A DNA stretch of 61,961 bases, filler included, from Deltaproteobacteria bacterium (GTDB taxonomy: Bacteria; CG2-30-53-67): the NCBI GenBank assembly GCA_013151235.1. It is 3 parts of 3 records of this genome, joined end to end, with 100 filler letters (N's around TTAATTAATTAA, not from the genome) between each part and the next. Parts side by side here need not be neighbours in the genome. Positions count along the whole stretch, not along the records: positions 1 to 30,415 come from JAADIO010000051.1; 2 more parts are not named here. One strand, written 5' to 3'. Numbering within the stretch: position 1 is the stretch's first letter; each line of letters starts with the position of its first letter. A program made the position numbers and the translations under genes. Below the pieces are notes generated by a model. It did not search any database. It was given only the letters and a program-made list of their open reading frames with translations, and had not been told where the DNA came from. Of this stretch, positions 10,633 through 19,691 are shown piece after piece.

Positions 10633-11499
10633 CTATGCCGGAATGGTATCAAGCGTGTGTACCAAGGTGACCGAAAGGCCCTTTCTGTTTTCCAACTCCG
10701 TCCCGGCTGCACATGCCGCCTCCCGATCGGGAAAGATCCCGAAAAGGGTTGAACCGCTGCCGGACATTGCACCTTCCAGCGCCCCCAGATCCAGGATCGT
10801 TTCCTTGATCTCCCGAAGCCGGGGATAAGCCTCGAAGGTAACCCGCTCCAGGTCATTTGAAAGTACTGAATGACCCCTCGTAAAGGTTGTGACCAAAAAC
10901 CTGCGTATGCTAATATGTTTATTTTTTGTTGTCAACCCTAATTTTACCCCTTGGTAAACCTTCTTTGTCGATATGTGAAAACCCGGATGGACCAGAAGAA
11001 TCCAGAGGGGAGGCGAAGGGGAGGGAAGCCGTTGAAGCTTTTCTCCCCGCCCCGTGGCCAGGGCCGTTGCCGAAAAAAGAAAAAAGGGGACATCCATTCC
11101 GAGTTCCGCCGCCAGTTCCATCAACCTCGACAGGGGAAGAGGATTCCCCCGGAGCCGGTTGAGAGCGGCCAGGGTCGCTGCCGCATCGCTGCTCCCGCCG
11201 CCGAGACCGGCGCCGACCGGGATCTTTTTTTTCAAACCGATCCGTAGATGAGGCGTTTTCCCAATTTCCCGGTAGAACCGCCCGGCCGCCCGCACGACAA
11301 GATTCTCCTTTCCGGTCGGCAGGCCGGGGGTATCAAGGGTCAGCTCGATCCCCTCTCCCCCCTCTTCGATGAAAATCTCGTCATAGAGAGAGACCGTCTG
11401 AAGAACCGTTTCAATCTCATGGTATCCATCCGGTCGTTTTCCCCGAACGAGAAGACCGAGATTGATCTTTGCCGGAGCCGACAGCGTCAGACCACTCAC
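10633..11499 (-). CDS. ispE: 4-diphosphocytidyl-2-C-methyl-D-erythritol kinase
   Basis: APAKINLGL, GYHEIET, KKIPVGAGLGGGSSDAA, MSGSGS. Confidence 0.97.
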   Translation of the reverse strand: MSGLTLSAPAKINLGLLVRGKRPDGYHEIETVLQTVSLYDEIFIEEGGEGIELTLDTPGLPTGKENLVVRAAGRFYREIGKTPHLRIGLKKKIPVGAGLGGGSSDAAATLAALNRLRGNPLPLSRLMELAAELGMDVPFFLFSATALATGRGEKLQRLPSPSPPLWILLVHPGFHISTKKVYQGVKLGLTTKNKHISIRRFLVTTFTRGHSVLSNDLERVTFEAYPRLREIKETILDLGALEGAMSGSGSTLFGIFPDREAACAAGTELENRKGLSVTLVHTLDTIPA

Positions 11500-12266
11500 C
11501 GCTCGCCTCCTCCCGGAAGTACCGGAGGAACTTGGAAGAGCCCCGGATCGAGGGGGCGGTTCAGAAGGATCGACTGATAACGGAGGGACAGGAGTGTCTC
11601 TCCTGCGACTTCCAGGCGGATGCGAAAAGGGAGCCGCATCCCTTTGACTTCACGGAAATCTCCGAAAAGCAGGCTCTCTTCCACGGTTCCCCCACCGTCC
11701 AGCCGGTCCCAGCGCAGGAGATCCCCCGACCCGTTCATCCGGATCCGCTGACAAACCCGCCCCTTTTTGAGAAAAGACAGAATGATTGCGCTCCCATCAC
11801 GTTCACTGCGGATTTTTTCGGGAGTGAGGAGGGGCAGGGGAGGCATTCCAGCCAGGAGCCGGATCAGTTCCGAAACGGTCAGGTTAACTCCGAGGAAGTG
11901 ATACAAATTCTTTTTTTGCGGGGAGAAAACCCGGACGGACGACTTCGCAGGGAAGAGTAACGCCCCCTTTTCCTTCTTCGCCACAAGAAGCATCTGCAAT
12001 CCCCCCAGTGGATCATGGATCTCCAGGTGCAGCCTATCGGGAGCCTCAAGATGAATGACTTCGGTTCCGACAAAGCGGATCTTCAGGTTGTTGATCACCA
12101 CCCGGGCCATGCCTGAGAGAGTCCGGACCGCAGCCTCCCGCGCCTTGAGCCTTCCGATAATTTCCCGGTGAAAGGGTGCCTCGCCGGGGGAAAGAGGAGG
12201 AATGGAAGGGCGCGTACAGGCGGCAAAAAGCAGGCAGAGAAGAATGAATTTCCAAAGGGGCGGCAC
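11496..12266 (-). CDS. LolB-like/DUF4292 outer-membrane lipoprotein
   Basis: Lipobox LFAAC and a beta-rich body, in the conserved TPR-lolB-ispE position. Confidence 0.7.
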   Translation of the reverse strand: MPPLWKFILLCLLFAACTRPSIPPLSPGEAPFHREIIGRLKAREAAVRTLSGMARVVINNLKIRFVGTEVIHLEAPDRLHLEIHDPLGGLQMLLVAKKEKGALLFPAKSSVRVFSPQKKNLYHFLGVNLTVSELIRLLAGMPPLPLLTPEKIRSERDGSAIILSFLKKGRVCQRIRMNGSGDLLRWDRLDGGGTVEESLLFGDFREVKGMRLPFRIRLEVAGETLLSLRYQSILLNRPLDPGLFQVPPVLPGGGER

Positions 12267-12273
12267 GGATTCC

Positions 12274-13986
12274 TCAGGGAGAAAGACGGTCGATTTTCTT
12301 GCGGAGTCCCTGATTATCGGGGTCCCCCTTCAAAGCCCGCTTCCAGACCTCAACAGCACGCCCGGTCTTTCCGGCCTTTTCGTAGGCATCTCCCAAATGC
12401 TCCAGAACCAGCGGATCCCCAGGAATGTTGTGGTTGGCCTCCTTCAGATATTTCAGGGCCTCCGGATAGCGCCCCATCTTGTAATAGGTCCATCCGAGGC
12501 TGTCCTGATAGTAGCCGTCCTCAGGACGAATGGCCAGTGCCCGTTTCACCAGCTCGGCCGCCTCGTCCAGGTTGATCCCCCGATCCGCAAACATATAGCC
12601 GAGGTAATTGAGGGCATCATTGTGCTTCGGGTTCAGTTCGATCGTTTTACGAAAGGCCGCCACGGCATCATCAAAGCGTTTCATCTTTTCATAAACAACC
12701 CCGATCTGAAAGTAAATCCTGTCGTCGTCACTTTTCAGGCGGAGCGCCTCCTGGAAGGAGTGAATTGCCTCTTCGTTCCGGTCCATGGAAGCATAGACGG
12801 TACCGAGAAGGAGGTAGAGGTCGGAATTATCGGTAACGGTTTCCAGCGTCTTTTTCAGCAGGGTTACCGCCTTGTCCGGATTTTTCATCCTCTCGTAAAG
12901 CTCGGCCAGTTGGAAGACGGTGTCCAGCTCCTCCGGAGAGATTCCCAGTACGGTTCGGTATTCCTTCGCTGCCCGGTCAAACTGTTTCAGTCCCTCGTAA
13001 GCCGCCCCGAGATAGAAGTGGGCTTTGAAATGTCCGGGCTGCAGAGCCGTGACAATCCGGAGTTCTTCCACGGCTTTCTCAAGTTTTCCCTGCTGCATGT
13101 AGAGCAGACCCACTTTGAAATGTGCATCGGCGTTATTCGGCGCGAGTTCACCGAACTCTTCCAGTTGCCGGATTGCCTTGTCCAGCTGGTTCCCCCGAAC
13201 GTAGAGAAGGCTCAGCCGCTTCTGGATGGGGGCAAACCTCGGGTCCACCTTCAAGGCACGTTCATAGACACGGATCGCTTTGTCCGGCTTCTTCTCGATT
13301 TCATAGAGGGCGCCAAGGCTCAGGTAGGCCTGCATAAAACGGGGCTGGCTGCGGAGGGCCTTTTCAAAAAACTTCCGGGCTTTTTGATAATCCTTTCGGT
13401 TGGCATAAATTCGCCCTAAGTAGTAGTCCCCCACCCCGTTGTGCCCATGGATAGTGGAGAGTTTGTTGAAAAGGTCAATCGCTTTCTCCGTTTTTTCCTG
13501 CTGCAGATAGAGCGTCCCGAGAAAGACATAGGCCTCACGAAAATACGGGTCCTGCTTCAAAACCTGCTCGTAGAGTTTAATCGCCTCATCAGGCCGGTTC
13601 AGGCTGGAGTAAATCCCGGCGGCAAGCATCAAAAGCCGCGGGGAAGGAGGCTCCATGGTCATTGCCCGCTCCACCGCACCAACGGCCTTTTCAAGGTCTC
13701 CCGTCTGCAGATAGAGTGAGGCAATATCGCTCTGAAGAAAAGACGATTCAGGATCCGCCTCCAGCGCCTGTTCCATCTCATCCACCGCCCGATCGAGATT
13801 GCCGTCCATCCGGTAGGCATTGGCCTGCAGATAATGGCCGTAGGCCTCCGGTGAGGCAATCCGTGTCGGACCGGAGAAAACCTTCTTCTCCATATGAAGT
13901 TTTTTTGCGATTGCCGGTGCGGGAGAGGAAACCCGGGGCGTGCAGGCTGCAACCGGCAACATCAAGATCAAAAATAATGAAACCAT
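12274..13986 (-). CDS. TPR-repeat lipoprotein (5' end interrupted by a MITE)
   Basis: Lipobox VAAC, many TPRs, ALNYLGYMFADRG...DSLGW. The native start appears to be ATG 14146 before the MITE insertion. Confidence 0.88.
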   Translation of the reverse strand: MVSLFLILMLPVAACTPRVSSPAPAIAKKLHMEKKVFSGPTRIASPEAYGHYLQANAYRMDGNLDRAVDEMEQALEADPESSFLQSDIASLYLQTGDLEKAVGAVERAMTMEPPSPRLLMLAAGIYSSLNRPDEAIKLYEQVLKQDPYFREAYVFLGTLYLQQEKTEKAIDLFNKLSTIHGHNGVGDYYLGRIYANRKDYQKARKFFEKALRSQPRFMQAYLSLGALYEIEKKPDKAIRVYERALKVDPRFAPIQKRLSLLYVRGNQLDKAIRQLEEFGELAPNNADAHFKVGLLYMQQGKLEKAVEELRIVTALQPGHFKAHFYLGAAYEGLKQFDRAAKEYRTVLGISPEELDTVFQLAELYERMKNPDKAVTLLKKTLETVTDNSDLYLLLGTVYASMDRNEEAIHSFQEALRLKSDDDRIYFQIGVVYEKMKRFDDAVAAFRKTIELNPKHNDALNYLGYMFADRGINLDEAAELVKRALAIRPEDGYYQDSLGWTYYKMGRYPEALKYLKEANHNIPGDPLVLEHLGDAYEKAGKTGRAVEVWKRALKGDPDNQGLRKKIDRLSP

Positions 13987-13992
13987 ACCCTT

Positions 13993-14134
13993 GATGGTGT
14001 CGTAAAAAGTCACGAAGCCCTTCGACAAGCTCAGGGCGAACGGTGTAAGTGATTGATATTCCGTTCGTGGTGAGCCTGTCGGAGCCTGTCGAACCATGAA
14101 CGGAATCCGGAAAACGACTTTTTACGACTCCCTC
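13993..14134. mobile_element. MITE family A copy, 6-bp TSD ACCCTT
   Basis: gatggtgtcgtaaaaagtc...gactttttacgactccctc flanked by accctt at 13987-13992 and 14135-14140. Internal 10-bp duplication gagcctgtcg. Confidence 0.9.
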
Positions 14135-14336
14135 ACCCTTTATCATCGTTAAAAAACTCCTTAAAATTACCGATAGTTACATTTCTAAAAAACTAACTGA
14201 TTCTCCGGGGGATGTCAAAAGAAAAAAAGAGGATCGGCTTTTACTTTGGGAAAATGTGTGTTAACTTTCATAAACTGCAAAGACACAAACCTTATCGACA
14301 GGATCAACAGGATAATAAGGAAAGAAACCCAAGAAG

Positions 14337-15281
14337 ATGAATCCCACCAAAACTCATCCGGTCATCAGCGCCCGGGGCCTCACCAAGGATTTCGGGACGG
14401 TTCGAGCCGTCCGTGGAATCAATTTTGAAATCCGTGAGGGTGAATGTTTCGGTTTCCTGGGCCCGAACGGGGCGGGCAAGAGCAGTACCATCCGGATGCT
14501 CTACGGATTTTCTCCCATGACCGCCGGAATGCTGAAAATCCTGGGGATGGATATTCAGACCTCCGCCCGGAAGATCAAGGCCCGGCTCGGCGTGGTCCCC
14601 CAGGACAACAATCTTGATACCGACCTGACCCTTTTGGAAAACCTTCGGGTCTATGCCCGCTATTTCGATCTTCCGGCAAAAGAGGCCGGGGCACGAGCCG
14701 AAGAACTGATTCATTTCATGCAGTTGGAAGGGAAAAAACAAAACCGGGTCGATGACCTTTCGGGGGGGATGAAACGGCGTCTTATCCTGGCCCGGGCTCT
14801 GCTCAACTCTCCCCGGATCCTCCTGCTCGACGAACCGACGACCGGCCTTGATCCGCAGGCCCGGCACCTGATCTGGCAGCGTCTCCGTTCCCTGAAGAAG
14901 AGCGGGGTCACACTGGTCCTGACAACACACTACATGGAAGAGGCAGCGCAACTTTGTGACCGGATCGCCGTGATGGATCAGGGCAAAATCATCCTCACCG
15001 GCATTCCCCGGGAGATGATCCGGGAGCATGTCGGTACCGAGGTGATGGAGTTCCGGGCCGAAGAGAGCGGAGATGACGAGATCCGGGAGACACTGTCCGA
15101 CCTGGCCGTCGAAACGGAACGGTTCGGGGATACCCTCTACCTCTATCTTTCATCGGAAAAGGATCTTTCCCGGCAGGTCACACAGCGGCTGATGGAGATA
15201 AACCACTCCGAAATGATTCACCGGCAGGCAACGCTGGAGGATCTGTTTCTAAAGTTGACGGGGAGGGATCTGACGGAATGA
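14337..15281 (+). CDS. ABC exporter ATP-binding subunit (NodI/DrrA-like)
   Basis: Walker A GPNGAGKS, LSGGMKRR, LLLDEPTTGLDP, TTHYMEEA. Confidence 0.93.
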   Translation: MNPTKTHPVISARGLTKDFGTVRAVRGINFEIREGECFGFLGPNGAGKSSTIRMLYGFSPMTAGMLKILGMDIQTSARKIKARLGVVPQDNNLDTDLTLLENLRVYARYFDLPAKEAGARAEELIHFMQLEGKKQNRVDDLSGGMKRRLILARALLNSPRILLLDEPTTGLDPQARHLIWQRLRSLKKSGVTLVLTTHYMEEAAQLCDRIAVMDQGKIILTGIPREMIREHVGTEVMEFRAEESGDDEIRETLSDLAVETERFGDTLYLYLSSEKDLSRQVTQRLMEINHSEMIHRQATLEDLFLKLTGRDLTE

Positions 15282-16063
15282 TGCACGAAATCCTGCAAGT
15301 TCCCCAGGTCTCCCGGCGCTGCCTCCGGGTCTGGCAGCGAAACCGTGATGCTTACATGAAATTCTACCGGCTGAGCCTGCTGGGAAGCCTGGGCGATCCG
15401 ATCCTCTACCTTCTTGCCATGGGATACGGCCTCGGCCGCTTCCTCAATCAGATGGAAGGGATGAGCTATGTCGAGTTTCTGGCGCCGGGGCTGGTTATCT
15501 CTTCGACAATGTTTTCGGCCGCGTTCGAGTGCACCTACGGTTCCTTTCTCCGGATGATCTACCTGAAGGCCTATGACGCGATCATTGCCACACCGCTCAC
15601 GATCGAGGATGTCGTCGCCGGGGACATCCTCTGGGGAACGACGAAGGGCGTATTCAACGGCCTGATCATGTTTCTCATCATCACGGCATGCGGACTCGTC
15701 GATTCCTGGTGGGCGGCGGGCATCCCCCTGCTGATTCTTCTCGTCAGTTTTCTTTTCGCCTCCCTTTCGATGATCACCACGGCCTTCGTTCCCACCTTTG
15801 AGGCCTTCAATTATTACATTACCCTCTTTCTCACCCCCATGTTTTTCTTCTCGGGGGTCTTTTTCCCCTTGAACCGGCTGCCGGAATGGGTCACGATCAC
15901 CTCCCGGTTTCTGCCCCTGACCTATGCTGTGGAGATCTCCCGGTCGCTGATCTATGGACGGCCTTCGTGGCGGATCCTCACGGATGCACTGATGCTCCTG
16001 ATTCCGGCGATCGTCTGTTTCCAGGTGGCCGTCAACCTGGTCAAGAGGAGAGTCATCAAATGA
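15278..16063 (+). CDS. ABC-2 type permease (NodJ-like)
   Basis: About six hydrophobic segments and PMFFFSGVFFPL. Overlaps the ATPase stop. Confidence 0.92.
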   Translation: MMHEILQVPQVSRRCLRVWQRNRDAYMKFYRLSLLGSLGDPILYLLAMGYGLGRFLNQMEGMSYVEFLAPGLVISSTMFSAAFECTYGSFLRMIYLKAYDAIIATPLTIEDVVAGDILWGTTKGVFNGLIMFLIITACGLVDSWWAAGIPLLILLVSFLFASLSMITTAFVPTFEAFNYYITLFLTPMFFFSGVFFPLNRLPEWVTITSRFLPLTYAVEISRSLIYGRPSWRILTDALMLLIPAIVCFQVAVNLVKRRVIK

Positions 16064-16320
16064 CGATCGATACAACCAGTCTCATCGGTTTCACTGCCGC
16101 CGCATTCACCACCGTATCCTTCCTTCCCCAGGCCTTCAAGAGCTGGAAGACCGGAGCGACGGATGACCTCTCTTTCTTCATGCTGGCCTTCCTGTCCGCG
16201 GGACTTTTCCTCTGGTTCATCTACGGCCTGCTGTTGAAGAACCTCCCGATCATTTTCTCCAACGGAATCGGATGCACGCTGGTCTTCTCCGTCCTCTATC
16301 TCAAGATCCGCAGCCGGTAA
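16060..16320 (+). CDS. SemiSWEET/PQ-loop transporter
   Basis: IGFTAAAFTTVSFLPQAFKSWKT...DLS...LWFIYG...PIIFSN, 86 aa. ATGA overlap with the permease. Confidence 0.9.
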   Translation: MTIDTTSLIGFTAAAFTTVSFLPQAFKSWKTGATDDLSFFMLAFLSAGLFLWFIYGLLLKNLPIIFSNGIGCTLVFSVLYLKIRSR

Positions 16321-16398
16321 TCCCGCTCTCCCCCTCTTCGTCTTTAACCGCGGTTCCTGAACGGGAAAACCGGTAAATGAAAAAAACCGAAAAACTAC

Positions 16399-16427
16399 TT
16401 GACAAAAATCCATCAAAAAGCTAAATT
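16399..16427 (+). promoter_or_regulatory. sigma70 promoter of the rpsU operon
   Basis: TTGACA-17-TAAATT. Confidence 0.7.
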
Positions 16428-16470
16428 TAATGGTTACATAAATCACAAAGTGGAGGGAGGCGAAAAATGC

Positions 16471-16668
16471 ATGTTAGGAATCAGACTTCGAGAGGGTGAA
16501 CACTTCGAAGCTGCCTTGAGACGATTCAAAAAACTCTGTGAAAAATCCGGAGTTCTTTCGGAGATTCGAAAACGGGAGCACTACGAAAAACCCTCCATCA
16601 AGAAAAAGAAAAAGGCACTGGCCGCACGAAAAAAGGCCCTGAAGATGCAGCGATTCGGAAAACGCTAA
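16471..16668 (+). CDS. rpsU: 30S ribosomal protein S21
   Basis: EAALRRFKK...[12 protein letters not shown], preceded by GGAGG. Confidence 0.97.
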   Translation: MLGIRLREGEHFEAALRRFKKLCEKSGVLSEIRKREHYEKPSIKKKKKALAARKKALKMQRFGKR

Positions 16669-16809
16669 GCGACCCTGCTTGTACAAATACTGCGGCACAC
16701 CGAGTGTACCGCAGTATTTGGTGAAGAGGGCTACCCAGACCGATTCAACCAGGATTACAGCCGTGATGGTCTCTTCGGCAGGACGGCTTGATCTGAATGA
16801 TGGAGGCGG

Positions 16810-17253
16810 ATGTCTCTCAGGGAGAAGCTCGATCAAGACCTGAAGGAGGCCATGAAGGGACGGGAGAAGGAACGTCTTTCAGTCCTGCGGATGGTCCGGT
16901 CGGAAATCAAGAATCAGGAAATCAGGGATCGCCGGCCCCTGGATGAAAGTGCTCTTCTCACCCTGCTTGCCCGGAGCGCAAAACAGCGGAGGGATTCGAT
17001 TGATCAGTTCCGAAAAGGGGGCCGGGAGGATCTGGCCGCACAGGAAACCCGGGAGCTTGAGATCCTTCTTGATTATCTGCCAAAACCGCTGACGGACGAC
17101 GAACTGCGGAAAGTGGTCGAGAAAACGGTCACCCGTATCGGCGCCATATCAATGAAGGAAATGGGTACCGTCATGAAGCAGGTCATGGCGGAGGTCGGCG
17201 GACGAGCTGACGGGAAACGGGTCCAGCAGATGGTACGGGAGGTCTTGTCCTGA
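16810..17253 (+). CDS. yqeY: GatB/YqeY domain protein
   Basis: DLKEAMK...LRMVRSEIKN...KQRRDSIDQF...GR.DL...MGTVMK...ADGK. Confidence 0.93.
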   Translation: MSLREKLDQDLKEAMKGREKERLSVLRMVRSEIKNQEIRDRRPLDESALLTLLARSAKQRRDSIDQFRKGGREDLAAQETRELEILLDYLPKPLTDDELRKVVEKTVTRIGAISMKEMGTVMKQVMAEVGGRADGKRVQQMVREVLS

Positions 17254-17331
17254 AAAAGGGGAAGATCTCCTTTTTTTCTTGAGGGAAAATTCTTCCTGAG
17301 CATACGACAGAAGACTGCAACACAGGCTCGC

Positions 17332-19680
17332 ATGGATAGCAAGACCCTACGTACCCTTGAGTTTGACCGGATCCAGGAAATCCTGAAACGCTATGCCGCT
17401 TCCAGCCCGGGAATCTCGGAGATTGAACATCTCCGGATCGGGCATCAACCGGAATCCATTCGGCAAAGCCTTGCATGCGTCCGGGAGATGCGCTTTCTTC
17501 TACAAAACCGGGGGAGATTGTCCCTGCAGGGGAATGAGGAGATTCGCCCCTGCCTGCAGTCCATCCGGGTGGAGGGCGCATCCCTGAAAACGGATGATCT
17601 CGTTCTCCTCCGGAAAGTCATCCGCACGGGACAGGTTGTGAAGGACACTCTGGACGGAGAGAAGGAGACCTGTCCCCTGCTCCACCGGGAGGCCCGGCGG
17701 CTTGAATCGTTCCGGGGCCTCGGGGAAATTATTGACCGGACCATCGATGAACGGGGACGGCTCCGGGATTCGGCCAGCCCCGATCTGCAGCGAATCCGGC
17801 GCAGAATGCAAACATTGAGGCAGAGCGTCCGGACCCGGCTGGAAGAGATCCTCTCTTCGGCCTCTCTCGGTCCGATGGTACAGGAGAAACTGGTCACAAT
17901 CCGGAACGGCCGCTACGTGATTCCACTGAAACCGGATTTCTCCGGAAAGCTGTCGGGGATCATCCATGACCGATCCGCCAGCGGTCAGACCGTCTACGTC
18001 GAACCGGCCGCAACGGTGGAGATGAATAACCGCCTTTCCCGGCTGCTGTCGGAAGAGACGGCGGAGATCCGGAAGATTCTTCTTCGGATCACGGAAAAAG
18101 TCAGAGGAGCGGGGGAGGGCCTGGCCCGAAACGTTGCCGTACTGGCTCGTTTTGATCTCCATCAGGCGAAGGCCCTTTACGCAGAGACCATCAAGGGAGT
18201 CAATCCGAAACTTGTTGATTCCAAAATGATTGATTTTCAGCAGGCGAGACATCCCCTGCTGCTGCAACGCACAGCGCCGGACGGTCGGAAACCGGTGGTC
18301 CCGGTTGACCTTCGTCTCGGAGAAACGTGCACAACCCTGCTGATCACAGGTCCGAACACAGGCGGCAAAACCGTCGCGTTGAAAACCCTCGGACTGCTGG
18401 TCTTAATGGCCCAGGCGGGAATTCCGGTTCCCGTGGCGGAGGGAAGCCGCATGGGAGTCTTTCGGGAGGTCATGGCCGATATCGGAGACGCGCAGAGTAT
18501 TCAGGAGGATCTGAGTACTTTTTCCTCCCATATTGAAAACATCGTCTCCATTCTAAAAGGAGCGGAAGAAGGGGCACTGGTCCTCCTCGATGAATTAGGG
18601 ACCGGCACCGACCCCCGGGAAGGAGCAGCCCTGGGAATCGCCATTTTAGAGAAGTTGGAAAATTCGGGCTGCCTCACGGCGGCCACAACCCACTACGAAG
18701 AGGTTAAACAGTTTGCCTACACCCGCCGGGGGATGATGAACGCCTCGATGGCCTTTGACAGGGAGCACCTCCGGCCGACTTATACGCTGCTCTACGGCCA
18801 TCTCGGGACCAGCCACGCCTTCGAGGTGTCGGAACGTCTTGGAATACCGCATGCCGTCCTGCGGCGTGCCCGGGAAGAAATCTCTGATTTCGACCGGAAC
18901 CGGGATCACCTGATTGAAGAACTCGAAGGACGGATTGCGGAAACCCGGACGCAGGCAAAATCCCTGCTACAGAAAGAAAAACGGATAGAGATCCTGAAGA
19001 AAGAGATCGAAGAGGAAAAAGAGAAGACCCGGAAAGAGACCGAAAAGATCCTGGCGGAGGCCCGGGCAAAAGTTGACCGGACCCGGAAACAAGTACGAAA
19101 GATCCTGAAGGCCGCCGGGCGGCAAGCCGACCGCAGCCGTCTCGAAAAGGAATTGACTGAACTGCAGAAGGAACTCCCGGAAGAGGAGCAGGTCATCCGG
19201 ACGAACCGGAATGCTCCCCTTCCGAATATCCCGGTGGGGTGTACCGTCGAAGTCATGGGGACCGGAAAGCAAGGGGTGATCTTAAACCGCCCGAACAGGA
19301 AAGGGCGCGTCCGAATCCTCTGCAACGGAATCCGGATGGAGGTTCCGGCGGCTCGCCTGCAGGAGATCTCCCCCGATACGCCTCTCCGGGGGGTCGTCGT
19401 AAAGCTCGATGCGGAAGAACACCAGGAGGTGGAAGTTCCCTCCCGGATTAATCTCCTCGGACTTCGGGTGGAAGAAGCGGTACGAAAGACGGTACATTAC
19501 ATTGATCAGGCCCATATGAATTGCATGCGTCATGTGGAGATCGTCCACGGCATCGGTACCGGTGCCCTGCGGAGGGCCGTGGCGGAAACCCTGGAGGCAC
19601 ACCCCCTGGTCATGCACTTTGAAAACAGCGGGGACAACCACGGCGGCGCCGGCGTCACCATGGTCCAACTGGTATCCTGA
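17332..19680 (+). CDS. mutS2: MutS2 (Smr-domain ATPase/endonuclease)
   Basis: ITGPNTGGKT, LSTFSSH, LLDELGTGTDP, coiled coil and Smr IVHGIGTGALR. Confidence 0.95.
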   Translation: MDSKTLRTLEFDRIQEILKRYAASSPGISEIEHLRIGHQPESIRQSLACVREMRFLLQNRGRLSLQGNEEIRPCLQSIRVEGASLKTDDLVLLRKVIRTGQVVKDTLDGEKETCPLLHREARRLESFRGLGEIIDRTIDERGRLRDSASPDLQRIRRRMQTLRQSVRTRLEEILSSASLGPMVQEKLVTIRNGRYVIPLKPDFSGKLSGIIHDRSASGQTVYVEPAATVEMNNRLSRLLSEETAEIRKILLRITEKVRGAGEGLARNVAVLARFDLHQAKALYAETIKGVNPKLVDSKMIDFQQARHPLLLQRTAPDGRKPVVPVDLRLGETCTTLLITGPNTGGKTVALKTLGLLVLMAQAGIPVPVAEGSRMGVFREVMADIGDAQSIQEDLSTFSSHIENIVSILKGAEEGALVLLDELGTGTDPREGAALGIAILEKLENSGCLTAATTHYEEVKQFAYTRRGMMNASMAFDREHLRPTYTLLYGHLGTSHAFEVSERLGIPHAVLRRAREEISDFDRNRDHLIEELEGRIAETRTQAKSLLQKEKRIEILKKEIEEEKEKTRKETEKILAEARAKVDRTRKQVRKILKAAGRQADRSRLEKELTELQKELPEEEQVIRTNRNAPLPNIPVGCTVEVMGTGKQGVILNRPNRKGRVRILCNGIRMEVPAARLQEISPDTPLRGVVVKLDAEEHQEVEVPSRINLLGLRVEEAVRKTVHYIDQAHMNCMRHVEIVHGIGTGALRRAVAETLEAHPLVMHFENSGDNHGGAGVTMVQLVS

Positions 19681-19691
19681 GGATCAAAACT

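Noticed and set aside
13993-14134. MITE as a self-splicing intron restoring the TPR gene
   Set aside because: No group I or group II core motifs, and target-site duplications indicate DNA transposition.
16683-16722. Long hairpin after rpsU
   Set aside because: Probably an ordinary intra-operon pause or processing stem. It has no U-tract and nothing further supports a separate RNA.
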